From positions 1 through 64,000 of the IMG/VR virus record IMGVR_UViG_3300033143_003851: a stretch of 64,000 nucleotides of DNA. One strand, given 5' to 3'. The notes under the pieces were generated by a model. That model did not search any database. It was not told where the DNA came from and saw nothing but the letters and a program-made list of their open reading frames with translations. This DNA is from a virus. Below, one piece after another: positions 39,519 to 48,714 of this stretch. The stretch's first letter is position 1, and each line of letters begins with the position of its first letter. Made by a program: the position numbers and the translations under genes.

Positions 39519-40225
39519 TATTTCACCTCTAGTTGAACTCTACTGTAATTTTTGCCTCTAATAACACCACTACCATTATCATATAAAACATCATATAAAT
39601 ATCCCATGACTCCACGACTATGTCTAGCACAAATCACTCCTACTTCTCCCTTATATGGCCCTGTAAGACAGGTAACTTTGGTTCCAACCTGTAAACGACC
39701 AGGAGCAGGGTGCTTGGCAGCGTCGTATGATTCAATATATCTTTCAAGAATCCACCCAGTCGTACAATTAACCATATACTCTAGACTTGTTTTTGGATTT
39801 GTTAGCACAGAAATACGAGTAATATATCCAGACAAATTAATATGTTGGACATACACAAGATCTCCCACCTCATACTTATTATTTGAAGTCATCTTCTTAA
39901 TATTCTTTGATACGGTATATAAATTACACTTAGCAATCATAAGTATGTTACTATTCACTTCAATACCTACAAAATTATTAGGGAATAAAATTTTTATTAC
40001 TCCAGATTCTTCTCTACCAGCTTCCCACCAATATACAGTATCTCCGACTTTGAAGTTCTGTGTAAGCGGAGGTGGAGTTTTGTGCCAAAATGGATCAAGA
40101 GTCTTTACATACTCTGGTTTCTTCTCATGGAGATTGTCAGGGATAATCTCCATGCAGGACATACACCAGTTTCCACAACTCTCTTTCCCACAGGTTTTAC
40201 ACTTATATATTTGTAAATCCTTCAT
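39518..40225 (-). CDS. Zn-ribbon plus three KOW/SH3-like repeats
   Basis: CKTC..CMSC; FKVGDTVYW, YEVGDLVYV, LQVGTKVTCLTGPYKGEVGVI; start probably MKDLQ, downstream of the tRNA. Confidence 0.7.
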   Translation of the reverse strand: MKDLQIYKCKTCGKESCGNWCMSCMEIIPDNLHEKKPEYVKTLDPFWHKTPPPLTQNFKVGDTVYWWEAGREESGVIKILFPNNFVGIEVNSNILMIAKCNLYTVSKNIKKMTSNNKYEVGDLVYVQHINLSGYITRISVLTNPKTSLEYMVNCTTGWILERYIESYDAAKHPAPGRLQVGTKVTCLTGPYKGEVGVICARHSRGVMGYLYDVLYDNGSGVIRGKNYSRVQLEVK

Positions 40226-40234
40226 ACTATCACA

Positions 40235-40341
40235 TGGACCTAAGAGGATTCGAACCTCCATTCTTCCTGTCCCTACTCTCCCAGTCTAAGCAACTAAGAT
40301 TTCGAACTAAACAGGATGCTTTTCCATTAAGCTATAGGCCC
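40235..40341 (-). tRNA. tRNA-like gene with a 35-nt insertion in the anticodon loop (identity unresolved: Pro-TGG, Leu-TAG or other)
   Basis: GGGCCTA/TAGGTCC acceptor; GCTT/AAGC D stem; TCCTG/CAGGA stem enclosing 42 nt; GGAGG-TTCGAAT-CCTCT T arm. Confidence 0.75.
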
Positions 40342-40355
40342 CATAATATATCTTA

Positions 40356-40427
40356 TGGGCCTGGTGGGATTTGAACCCACGACCTTCAGTTTATGAGACT
40401 GGTGCTCTACCACTAAGCTACGGGCCC
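40356..40427 (-). tRNA. tRNA-(CAT), probably Ile2
   Basis: GGGCCC acceptor typical of Ile; CTCATAA loop; A73; lacks initiator GGG/CCC anticodon stem. Confidence 0.88.
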
Positions 40428-41039
40428 AGATATTGAATTAAAAGCATCTCTAAGTTGTGCTACATACCTTTCAATAATCACATACTCACATTCATCTAAA
40501 CCCAGGAGGAAACGGGTAGTTTCCTCCCTGGTTGCTAAGCGAATACAGTTATCTGATGAGTCAGGCATGTTATTGCCCTGAAGTCCATTATTTCTTATGG
40601 CCTTTTGATTCTGTAAGAAGATAACTGGATGTGTCCCGTAGTTATGGTCGTTTGGATTTCCAGTGATAACTATAAGGGTGCCAGAGTCAAAAGAATATTG
40701 TCCTCGCCTTACAGTTCGACCAACTGGAACTGGCACTAAATTACTACTACCAACTGTTTGAATAATAAGATTAGCTAACTTAAAAAATATATGCTCTCTT
40801 CTACCAGTCATATTTGTAGCTGTCTGCTCTATCTCAGTTAATACTTTGGTGAGATTATTCCGAACTACAGTGGCCTCATCAACCTCACCCGATGATGATG
40901 ATGCGCTAGTGTCATCATCCCAAGCTCTCTCCATGATACTCAGAATAATCTGTTTTAACTCTATTCTGACATGAAATGTCTGAACAGACATAGCTGCATC
41001 TAGGCGACTTAAAAATTCCCCATAACTTGCTGTTGGCAT
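40413..41039 (-). CDS. Hypothetical protein whose stop codon lies inside tRNA(CAT)
   Basis: 208 aa; ends GGG CCC GTA GCT TAG. Confidence 0.7.
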   Translation of the reverse strand: MPTASYGEFLSRLDAAMSVQTFHVRIELKQIILSIMERAWDDDTSASSSSGEVDEATVVRNNLTKVLTEIEQTATNMTGRREHIFFKLANLIIQTVGSSNLVPVPVGRTVRRGQYSFDSGTLIVITGNPNDHNYGTHPVIFLQNQKAIRNNGLQGNNMPDSSDNCIRLATREETTRFLLGLDECEYVIIERYVAQLRDAFNSISGPVA

Positions 41040-41040
41040 G

Positions 41041-41661
41041 TCATTTCCCTCTATATATTATTTTTTTAACTGTAACTGATCTAAATGTCATGGCACTATA
41101 TTTTTTATACTCATCTTTTTGATGGTTCTCATGCGAACACCAAACCATCCAGGTGCCTCTATACATAGGATCATATCCAACACACTTTACTACAACAACT
41201 TTATAGTTAGTAAAACGCAGTTTGCTACTTATATATTTAGCGTAGTCTTTTGCGTGTCTTTTATTAGTAAAAACATGGATACCAAATATTGATTTAAAAA
41301 ACACACTGTCTTTAGATATAGTATCTATACTATTTTTGTTGGCATATGTTCTTCTATTTTTTGTGTAATAAAACTTTCTAATGCAAGATACGAAGATATC
41401 GTCAAGCGTGTCCCACATAAGGACAACTTTATATACTGGGCGACTGTATTTCTTGACAGGGTGAAAATTCTCTAAACACATATGATATCTCCAATATATA
41501 GATATATAAGAACTAAAGAAACAGTTTGTTATCTGCACTAACTCCACGACGAAAGTCTTCAAGGGACATCGCAGGTTGTCCAGTAGCCTGCTGACAGATA
41601 TCATCGAGAGCAGCGTGAATCTTGGGAATTGTCTTGTCGTAGATATTTTTGTCAGACCCAA
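41041..41661 (-). CDS. Hypothetical protein; start probably MCLENF near 41482
   Basis: VYKVV...S...GIHVF phage-type motif; GGAG RBS. Confidence 0.55.
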   Translation of the reverse strand: MGLTKISTTRQFPRFTLLSMISVSRLLDNLRCPLKTFVVELVQITNCFFSSYISIYWRYHMCLENFHPVKKYSRPVYKVVLMWDTLDDIFVSCIRKFYYTKNRRTYANKNSIDTISKDSVFFKSIFGIHVFTNKRHAKDYAKYISSKLRFTNYKVVVVKCVGYDPMYRGTWMVWCSHENHQKDEYKKYSAMTFRSVTVKKIIYRGK

Positions 41662-42580
41662 TCAGATCATTGAACTCTTCAACCACCTCTGGGTAGTTTG
41701 TTCCCATGTATTTTTTGACAGCTCCCCAAAGACCACTGTCATTGCTCTCAGCATCAGCCACAATCTCTTCTTGGATTTCCTCGATACTAAGAGTATCTAC
41801 AACATCAGCAACAGGGTCCACAACTTCCGCTTCTTCTTCAGTAGTTTCTTCACTGTCCTCATGGGAACCGAGCTGTTCTAGCTGCTCCATGAGCTGAGCC
41901 ACAGTGAGGTTTCCATGCCCCTGCTTGTTGAACTCATGCAAGGTAGCATAGAGGATATTGATATCGTTGTTCTCCTCATCTGTGTTGATTTCTGGTTCAG
42001 TGCTCCTGTCAGCAACAGTAACAACAGCTGTCTGAGCAACAGGTTCAATGTGCTCAAGAGTCTTTGAGGCTGCTTTGTAAAACACAGCAACCCCATCTCG
42101 AGGCAGATGAAGGAAATGTCCGTCTCCTTCAGTAACCGCAACATGAGCTGCAGCCTTGATACCTGCCCAGCCACCCTTACATGCATAGATGGACCCATCC
42201 CGCTTTCTGACCCAACAGGATTTATATACGCTACCAGCAGGCTCATGCCCAATAGCGTTGTCCTCTGGGCCAGTCCAGCGACCTCCATCTTTAGTTTCAG
42301 TAGTGGCCAGCCACCTTTCTCCATCAAACTGGAAAGACCTATCGTATAGGTCTTTCGCATCAATGAGAGCACTTTTCTGGTACTCCCCCGTCTTTACCAG
42401 ATCATACTCTGGCCACTGTTTCTGAACAGAGCGCTTAGACCAACGATCCTCACGGGTCTCTTGCGGAGTTGATGACCTCGGTTGTAAAGTCGAACGAATC
42501 GACTTGACAACTTCGGGAGTTCGAACCAAGGGAGCACTGCCAAAAAGGGCGGAGATCTGGGGAACCTTCTTATCTGTCAT
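41513..42580 (-). CDS. Early protein, paralog of 47205-48098
   Basis: Own promoter, GGTGA RBS; FLHLPRDG and WGAVKKY...KNIY shared with the paralog; acidic linker. Confidence 0.75.
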   Translation of the reverse strand: MTDKKVPQISALFGSAPLVRTPEVVKSIRSTLQPRSSTPQETREDRWSKRSVQKQWPEYDLVKTGEYQKSALIDAKDLYDRSFQFDGERWLATTETKDGGRWTGPEDNAIGHEPAGSVYKSCWVRKRDGSIYACKGGWAGIKAAAHVAVTEGDGHFLHLPRDGVAVFYKAASKTLEHIEPVAQTAVVTVADRSTEPEINTDEENNDINILYATLHEFNKQGHGNLTVAQLMEQLEQLGSHEDSEETTEEEAEVVDPVADVVDTLSIEEIQEEIVADAESNDSGLWGAVKKYMGTNYPEVVEEFNDLIGSDKNIYDKTIPKIHAALDDICQQATGQPAMSLEDFRRGVSADNKLFL

Positions 42581-42630
42581 TGTATCACCATTTGGGTTTC
42601 CAACGATTGGACATTGATTTGTTCGTTGTT

Positions 42631-42659
42631 GTATAAATAATTTTCGGGTCATTGCATCA
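42631..42659 (-). promoter_or_regulatory. Archaeal promoter (BRE CCGAAA + TATA) with upstream TGATGCAA
   Basis: TGATGCAA-TGAC-CCGAAA-ATTATTTATAC. Confidence 0.7.
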
Positions 42660-42678
42660 CCATCGGTCATAATTTATA

Positions 42679-43203
42679 TTACCACTCACAGACAGTAATA
42701 GAACCATCAGTATGAATTATAATATTCATCACATCTTTACCAAACTGGTATGCCTGTTTAGCTGTCCAGCACCCACCAGACTTGACATGATCTAGTACTG
42801 GGACTTTTTTAATATGATGATAGCATGTATCGAAAACCATACCCTGATAGTTATCTGGATACTCATCTACTACGATACATATTAGTGTGTCGCTGTGTTT
42901 AGCGATGTCTATATTTCTTGCCCTATATCCATATCCTTGCGGGTTCCACTGGTGGACTTTAGGGTTAAAAATTAAGTCTGGATTATATATCTTATCATCT
43001 TCATCCAGATAGTCATCAAGTTTTAGGGCTTCTTCTTCTGCCCAAACATCTATACCACCAACTGGACTACGACCAGATGAGAGTTTGGCACTATAGAGAT
43101 AATGTGCTGTTAAAAGAATATTACGGATGTGCTTTTTAGCAGTTGTCTCTGTGATACTATTGAACTTATCTGCTCCATGCCCAACTATGCCTATAACTGT
43201 CAT
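42679..43203 (-). CDS. SLOG (DprA/YspA-like) domain protein
   Basis: IGIVGH, SSG...GIDVWAE, YRARNIDIAKHSD, SGGCWTAKQA. Confidence 0.8.
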   Translation of the reverse strand: MTVIGIVGHGADKFNSITETTAKKHIRNILLTAHYLYSAKLSSGRSPVGGIDVWAEEEALKLDDYLDEDDKIYNPDLIFNPKVHQWNPQGYGYRARNIDIAKHSDTLICIVVDEYPDNYQGMVFDTCYHHIKKVPVLDHVKSGGCWTAKQAYQFGKDVMNIIIHTDGSITVCEW

Positions 43204-43624
43204 ACTTTCGCCCTCGCAAACTCATTGATAAGTGATCGAAGAAAAAGAAGAAGATATATTTCAAATTTTTCAACAGCTTTATCATCATAGTCGTGTAATC
43301 CTACTGATGCTTTGCACCACTCTATCCACAATGGGTGTTTTCTTTCGTCTAATATCATTTCAATCCCGCCCTCTTAAGACACACATCACAGCCTATGTTT
43401 GTAGGTCCAATCTCTGTTACTGTGCCACAGTTTGCACAAGTTCTAAGTTTAGACTGTCTTTGGTAGTTGTGCAGTCTTGCTATATAACTACCTATACTCC
43501 ATCCTACATCAGATATAGTGGTTGCTGTCATTATATTACCCTCACAATCTGTCTAACATGTCCGCTAGTGGTAGCGCAACAAATAAAACAATGATAATAA
43601 GTATTACAAAAAACAATTCATCTG

Positions 43625-44014
43625 TCATCTTTTTTGACTCCTTACTTGAAACATGTGTCGGCAACTCTCCATTTTATCAACCATTTTCTGTCTAAGAGTT
43701 TCAAACTCTTCTTTATTATTATTCTCCCAACAGACTGATATCTTATACATAAGAGAATTTTTATAATCACGATGAATATTAGTTGGTAAACAAAACTCTT
43801 CGTAAAGAGGACACTGTATACAGATACCTCTATCCATCCAATTAAACTCATAACAAAACCCACACGCATTCCATATAACAGATGCCCATGCACCGGCTCT
43901 ACCAAGCGGTAAATATGATCGCTTAATTAAACGGTCCCATAAGGTATGGTCCCATTTTTTCATACTACTGATAAAATTACTTATCAACACAACTCCCTCC
44001 CACAGTTGGGACAT
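43625..44014 (-). CDS. Cys-rich hypothetical protein
   Basis: CGFC...CIQCPLY...C. Confidence 0.55.
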   Translation of the reverse strand: MSQLWEGVVLISNFISSMKKWDHTLWDRLIKRSYLPLGRAGAWASVIWNACGFCYEFNWMDRGICIQCPLYEEFCLPTNIHRDYKNSLMYKISVCWENNNKEEFETLRQKMVDKMESCRHMFQVRSQKR

Positions 44015-44229
44015 CTATAGATACTCTTAACATGTAGTTCCTCTTTGGTTACAATCTCCCACTCTGGATCGGGCGAAACTAGACCCATAAAGTTATATAT
44101 CTCTGTAACTCTAAGAAGATGCCACTGAGCATGTCCTTCATAAGAGATATACTTATATTTGTGCCTAAATTTCTCTCTGATAGTAATATCTACAGCATCC
44201 TCACAATACAGACAACTCACTGGTGCCAC
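43984..44229 (-). CDS. Zn-finger protein
   Basis: CLYC...IYRCPNCGREL. Confidence 0.6.
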   Translation of the reverse strand: MAPVSCLYCEDAVDITIREKFRHKYKYISYEGHAQWHLLRVTEIYNFMGLVSPDPEWEIVTKEELHVKSIYRCPNCGRELC

Positions 44230-44618
44230 CTTCTGCCACAGGACCAGCAGTCTTCTGGATCATCAGACCCAGCACCACAATCAGGGCAATATTTCGGTAT
44301 CTCCACGACACTACCTAGCTGCGGTATTACCAATACCTTGATAGTCTCATCTTTGACACTACCGCTGTCAGATAGTCGAGATTCACAGCACCAGACACAG
44401 TTACAGTTGACAAAGGGACCATATTTCTCATGGTCTACAACTTTTTGATCTTGGTTGTCAGGGTCAACAATCTTACCAACTACTGCAAAGTCTGTGAGAC
44501 GCCCCTGCTCATCATAGAACAAGACCCACATTGAGTTGGTTTCCTCAATGTATATGAAGTGTCCATCTTTCATAAGTATTCCCCCAGAGGGTCCACATAT
44601 TTTGCAATCTTTACCCAA
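44217..44618 (-). CDS. Zn-finger protein
   Basis: CVWC, YCPDCG, CWSCG. Confidence 0.6.
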   Translation of the reverse strand: MGKDCKICGPSGGILMKDGHFIYIEETNSMWVLFYDEQGRLTDFAVVGKIVDPDNQDQKVVDHEKYGPFVNCNCVWCCESRLSDSGSVKDETIKVLVIPQLGSVVEIPKYCPDCGAGSDDPEDCWSCGRRWHQ

Positions 44619-44773
44619 TACTGTCTCTGTTTAACAGTTATGTCATTTCTGCCCAGAAAAGATATGATATCTTGCACGAAGTCATGCTCAGATATAAATA
44701 ATTCAGACTCAGCATGGTCAGCGTGGATAGACATCAGATATTCCTCCTGGTGGTGGTGGAACAGATGCTGCAT
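44570..44773 (-). CDS. Hypothetical protein
   Basis: GGAGG RBS at the internal MSIH. Confidence 0.4.
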   Translation of the reverse strand: MQHLFHHHQEEYLMSIHADHAESELFISEHDFVQDIISFLGRNDITVKQRQYWVKIAKYVDPLGEYL

Positions 44774-45207
44774 TCATACTTACCCACCCCTTTCTCTTGG
44801 ATGTTCACGAGCTTGTGGATGTTTGGCACCCCACAATCTCTGCACATAAGATTTTTGTTCTCGGTTGAGAAAGGCGAGTGAGGACAGTAGTCTCTGTGGT
44901 CATTAGGGTTGTGCAACCCGAAAGGTTCACCACAGTTCATGCAGACCCAGTGTCTGGATTTGGTCTGAGTTAGGGTACTCACTGCACAGTTGGGACATGT
45001 TTTCATGTCGCAACTACATACTCTGGATCTCTGAAATGCAGCAAGGCTCTGCTGCATTAAATCCAGTTGGTGGTCTGTGAATTTGGCACTAGACAAGATA
45101 ATCATCCTCCATGTACTGCCTCTCGATATCAAGATACCTCTGGATCTCATCTGCACACAGAGGATGGATCTGAAGGGCATCCATGTCTGAAAACATGGCT
45201 TTACCAC
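44734..45207 (-). CDS. Multi-Zn-ribbon protein; start probably MIILSS
   Basis: CPNC, CMNC, CRDC, CSIC. Confidence 0.55.
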   Translation of the reverse strand: MVKPCFQTWMPFRSILCVQMRSRGILISRGSTWRMIILSSAKFTDHQLDLMQQSLAAFQRSRVCSCDMKTCPNCAVSTLTQTKSRHWVCMNCGEPFGLHNPNDHRDYCPHSPFSTENKNLMCRDCGVPNIHKLVNIQEKGVGKYECSICSTTTRRNI

Positions 45208-45416
45208 ACCACGAACAGAGTCTGGTCATCAAACTACCTCCTGTCGAGACTTCACATCTCGATACCAGATCACCCTGCGACGGTAATGCTCTGTATAGCT
45301 CAGTCCAGTCTTCTTCAGGACAATACGATCCCTGAGGCCGTGGGCAGCTCGACTGCCACCCTGCCCAACACTTCTCAGGTCTGCCAACCGCTTCTCCAGG
45401 AAGTTCAGTTTGAGTT

Positions 45417-45755
45417 TCACGGGTAGGCCTCCTGCTGATATATATCAGCCTCGACATCCTGAAGCAGGTCCAGGTAGAACTGAAACTTGAGCTGAACATA
45501 AAGATCATGCTTGATCTTCATGTAGGTCGCTGAATCCCAGCGGTGCCTGTCGCACCAAGTATATGCGACAGTACGGCCCCCCTTCCAACGAGGGTCATCT
45601 GTGGGGCAAGGAGCCCCTACCATCTTCATATTCTTAGGCACCAACCTAAGAATACCGCAGTTTTTACAGCTACGGTTCGGAACCAAGGAAACAGGGTTGG
45701 AGTTGTTGGTGGACCCAACAACTGAGGACGTCATGGTATCGTTGTTTCGACCCAT
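45417..45755 (-). CDS. GC-rich early protein with Cys/His motif
   Basis: Own promoter; CKNC...C...WCDRH. Confidence 0.6.
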   Translation of the reverse strand: MGRNNDTMTSSVVGSTNNSNPVSLVPNRSCKNCGILRLVPKNMKMVGAPCPTDDPRWKGGRTVAYTWCDRHRWDSATYMKIKHDLYVQLKFQFYLDLLQDVEADIYQQEAYP

Positions 45756-45785
45756 TTTTCCACCAACCATACATTGTATTGCCAA

Positions 45786-45814
45786 CTATATAAACATTTC
45801 GGTTTGTTGCATCA
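45786..45814 (-). promoter_or_regulatory. Archaeal promoter (BRE CCGAAA + TTTATATA) with upstream TGATGCAA
   Basis: TGATGCAA-CAAA-CCGAAA-TGTTTATATAG. Confidence 0.75.
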
Positions 45815-45847
45815 TCTCCATTTTACATATTTACATGATACCACTAG

Positions 45848-46062
45848 TTCTATACTATGTATATACACTAGTGTATATACACCTAAAGGTGTATATACAT
45901 TCTATACTATAGTTCTATACTATACATATCTTAATAGATATCTATATCTAATACTAACTCTATGTAAGGCACAGAGTTAGAGTTAGAGACAGAGTTAGAG
46001 ACAGAGATCTGTCTCTAACTAACTGAATGACTGACGAAAAACATGGTCAGACGTGGTCAGAC
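45848..46062. repeat. Palindrome/iteron cluster (candidate origin element 1)
   Basis: 3x TGTATATACA; 24-bp perfect palindrome at 45858-45881; 3x TTCTATACTAT; 13-bp inverted repeat at 45993-46020; 2x TGGTCAGAC. Confidence 0.75.
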
Positions 46063-46150
46063 ATAGTATAAGTGCATTAATTTAGATATTTGTAAGAGAT
46101 ATCTAATAATTGCACGGTTTATACATAGAATAAGAGCACAAAAATATAGG

Positions 46151-46170
46151 GTTAAAAAAACAAAAAAAGA
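46151..46170 (-). terminator. Oligo-T terminator
   Basis: TCTTTTTTTGTTTTTTT immediately after the stop at 46171. Confidence 0.6.
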
Positions 46171-46374
46171 CTAAGAGGTGATGTTTGCCCATATATCTAA
46201 ATCAAACTTAGACATATATACAGTGGTAGTGTCAGGCAGATCAAACACAATAGTATTAATCCACAACCCTCTACCTGCGTCTATAGTGTTGTAACCAAAC
46301 TCTGCATGACCAACTATAGACACAAATATAGATACACTATCTATCACCATTTTGTAGCTAAAGATCCATTTCAT
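46171..46374 (-). CDS. Hypothetical protein
   Basis: ATGA coupling. Confidence 0.5.
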   Translation of the reverse strand: MKWIFSYKMVIDSVSIFVSIVGHAEFGYNTIDAGRGLWINTIVFDLPDTTTVYMSKFDLDIWANITS

Positions 46375-46640
46375 TTTACATCACTATCCAAGTTAAATAA
46401 ATCAATTGGTTCTTCAGGTATCAAATATCCATAAGATAACTCTATCATGCCTGTTCTGTAGCTGGCACAAGCTCGCTCGCACATAGGAAAGCCTTCATAT
46501 TCATCAAGTTTAAGATCTACTACCCAGTAAAAAAGACCACCAGTATCACTATCTCTATCTACAGCACTATAGTTAGCAGCAACCATATCATAGTCATCGT
46601 TGCTCCAAAACTCATCTAGTTCCTCACAGTACTGACACAT
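46371..46640 (-). CDS. Acidic hypothetical protein
   Basis: MCQYC, CERAC; D/E-rich. Confidence 0.55.
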   Translation of the reverse strand: MCQYCEELDEFWSNDDYDMVAANYSAVDRDSDTGGLFYWVVDLKLDEYEGFPMCERACASYRTGMIELSYGYLIPEEPIDLFNLDSDVK

Positions 46641-46642
46641 AC

Positions 46643-46804
46643 TTAGTACTCTCCCAACAGATCGTCCGTCTCTTCAAAGTCAAGGTGGCAGTTGTCCTCT
46701 TGCAACTGACCAATGGACCGAGCGTCAAATACCGCCCAGTCAAACTTCTTCAGGGCCCAGTAGACAACTTGCAAAGTAAGATCAACTTCAATCCAGGTTC
46801 CCAT
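46643..46804 (-). CDS. Small acidic protein (53 aa; not in ORF track)
   Basis: MGTWIEVDL...LLGEY; abuts both neighbours. Confidence 0.5.
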   Translation of the reverse strand: MGTWIEVDLTLQVVYWALKKFDWAVFDARSIGQLQEDNCHLDFEETDDLLGEY

Positions 46805-46969
46805 TTACTTGCCCCCAGAGGCCAGCAATCCCAACTTGCCAAAGTCCAAACTACAGGCAACGGATATTACATCCGTTCTCTGCAGCTCACCAATATCTCC
46901 AACCAGAACGAAGGGTTTGACCTCTGCCCTGGAGACAGAGGTGGTGGTCGAGGGTTTGTCGCTTGACAT
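46805..46969 (-). CDS. Small protein (54 aa; not in ORF track)
   Basis: GGAGG RBS; MSSDKPSTTT. Confidence 0.5.
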   Translation of the reverse strand: MSSDKPSTTTSVSRAEVKPFVLVGDIGELQRTDVISVACSLDFGKLGLLASGGK

Positions 46970-47204
46970 GTTATTCCTCCAGAGTCTCTGTGGGTTCCGA
47001 ACCCATCAATCCTCACAGGACAGAGACATGTAGTGATTTTGTTTTTAGCAGTATCAACACAACTGCTCTGCCCTCGTTCGTCTCAGGTGAGGGGACCATG
47101 TAACAGATCATCATCTGTTATACAAGCAAGAATCAGGTGCCCCAGCCAAGGGGCACTTGCTACTGCATTTTTATACCTCCATATTTTGGGTTTTAGCCTC
47201 GGTC

Positions 47205-48098
47205 TCAGGAGATATAGAGGGCGGAACCAGGGGTTCCATCTTTTCTCACAATGACCTTGCCAGTGTTGTTGGCCTTCCTGAACGAAGTGATTTGGGAGTC
47301 GGTGCCATAGCGAGGCAGGTCGGCCCCAGTCTGAATCAGGACCTTTCCAACTCGCCCGAGAGCCTCATTGTAGAAGTTTTTTGAGGAGTTTGCGAGGGCC
47401 CAGTTCCAGGCATCACACTCATCTGAGTGCGTTGCTCTGAGGTGCTTTTTGATGGCCCCCCATTTGTAGCCTGTCAGGTCGCAGGCTGCGAGGATATCAG
47501 TAACCAGACTGATAGTTCGATTCTGGGTGCCTTTCGGGACCTGAACTGCGGGGACCTCGGGTTTTGGGGGTGGAGGTGGTGCCACCTGGTCGAAGTGGCC
47601 CCAGCGAGTATCTTGGGGGGCACTGATCTGGGCCACAATGGTCTTGTTGGGAACCATCTGAGGTTTGTCCTTGATAGGCACGGGAGTTGAGGTGGTAGCC
47701 TCAACCTCAACCAGGCTGTGAGACCCATCTTTCTTCAGGTGGAGGATGAAACCCCCTTGGGCCACGAACTCAGGGGCATATTGCTCCAGGGCAGCCTGTG
47801 AGTATCGCCAGGCTCGGGTCTTGCCCTTGCTCCAGGCCCAGATGGCCTTGAGGACCTTGCCATCATGGTTGCTGATGCGGGAACCGACAACGGTCCCCTT
47901 GCGGTTCTCGTATGTCTTGATTGCATAGGCCCAGGCGGCCTCTACAACCTCACGCTCGGACAGGTCCTCAGGGACCTCAACATCTGTGAAATACCAGTTT
48001 CCCCCATGAGGGGTGAACTGCAGTCCACAAAACAAAACGGGGTTTGGTCCATCACCGAGGGCAATGGATGAGGGGTCAATGGTGTTGTTTGATACCAT
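47205..48098 (-). CDS. First early gene, GC-rich, paralog of 41513-42580
   Basis: GGAGG RBS; promoter; FILHLKKDG, WGAIKKH...KNFY; Pro-rich linker. Confidence 0.75.
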   Translation of the reverse strand: MVSNNTIDPSSIALGDGPNPVLFCGLQFTPHGGNWYFTDVEVPEDLSEREVVEAAWAYAIKTYENRKGTVVGSRISNHDGKVLKAIWAWSKGKTRAWRYSQAALEQYAPEFVAQGGFILHLKKDGSHSLVEVEATTSTPVPIKDKPQMVPNKTIVAQISAPQDTRWGHFDQVAPPPPPKPEVPAVQVPKGTQNRTISLVTDILAACDLTGYKWGAIKKHLRATHSDECDAWNWALANSSKNFYNEALGRVGKVLIQTGADLPRYGTDSQITSFRKANNTGKVIVRKDGTPGSALYIS

Positions 48099-48130
48099 AT
48101 TTGTTTCCTCCAATGGTGAGTAAGTTGGTG

Positions 48131-48150
48131 GTTGTATATAAATGTTTGGT
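48131..48150 (-). promoter_or_regulatory. Archaeal promoter for the first early gene
   Basis: ACCAAACATTTATATACAAC. Confidence 0.65.
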
Positions 48151-48714
48151 GGGATGTCCCATGATGAGGCACCGAGAGTTCTAGGTGCAAGGGGTTAAAA
48201 TGGGGGATATAAGGGAATATTGGTGTCATGAGGGGTGCCAAAAAAGGCGGGTTTTTCGGGGGTTAGTTGGTCAGGGGCACCAAACCATAGGCAGCTGGCA
48301 CTAGTGAGCCTGGAGCTATGGTTGGAGTTGGGGGAACTATATAAAGCCTATGCAATATAGCTAGTGAAAAGACCAACTATGTGTAATATGGCCACCAGTT
48401 GTATAGATATGTGCATATACCGATCCTATAAATATAGGCAACTAGTGTTAGAACTAGTGTATTGAGAATATAGTTCCTAGTATCAGGTCTAGTAACCTAG
48501 TGTATGGGTAGCACTAGTTAGTAACCTGGTGTTAACTAATAAGGGTTTAGTAACTAAACCTCTTCTATACACTGTGTGATCTCTTGAAGAGTCTTCTCAG
48601 AGAGGACCGGTGCCTCGGAGAGACTCGTGGTTTGGAGAGGGGGACAGGGGGCTCTATTTGGGTACTACCTCCACAACATTATAATTTTTCTCAAATCTAT
48701 ATTTCATTGATTGC

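Noticed and set aside
40226-40261. ORF-track starts that run through tRNAs (40261, 49479, 32535)
   Set aside because: Downstream ATGs outside the tRNA fit better, so the starts were moved.
39552-40289. 245-aa + strand ORF and other long antisense ORFs (e.g. 26667-27263, 54449-54955)
   Set aside because: They shadow well-supported genes on the opposite strand and lack RBS or motifs.
43232-43594. 120-aa + strand ORF within the - strand arm
   Set aside because: Against the local gene orientation with no motif; the region more likely holds short - strand ORFs.
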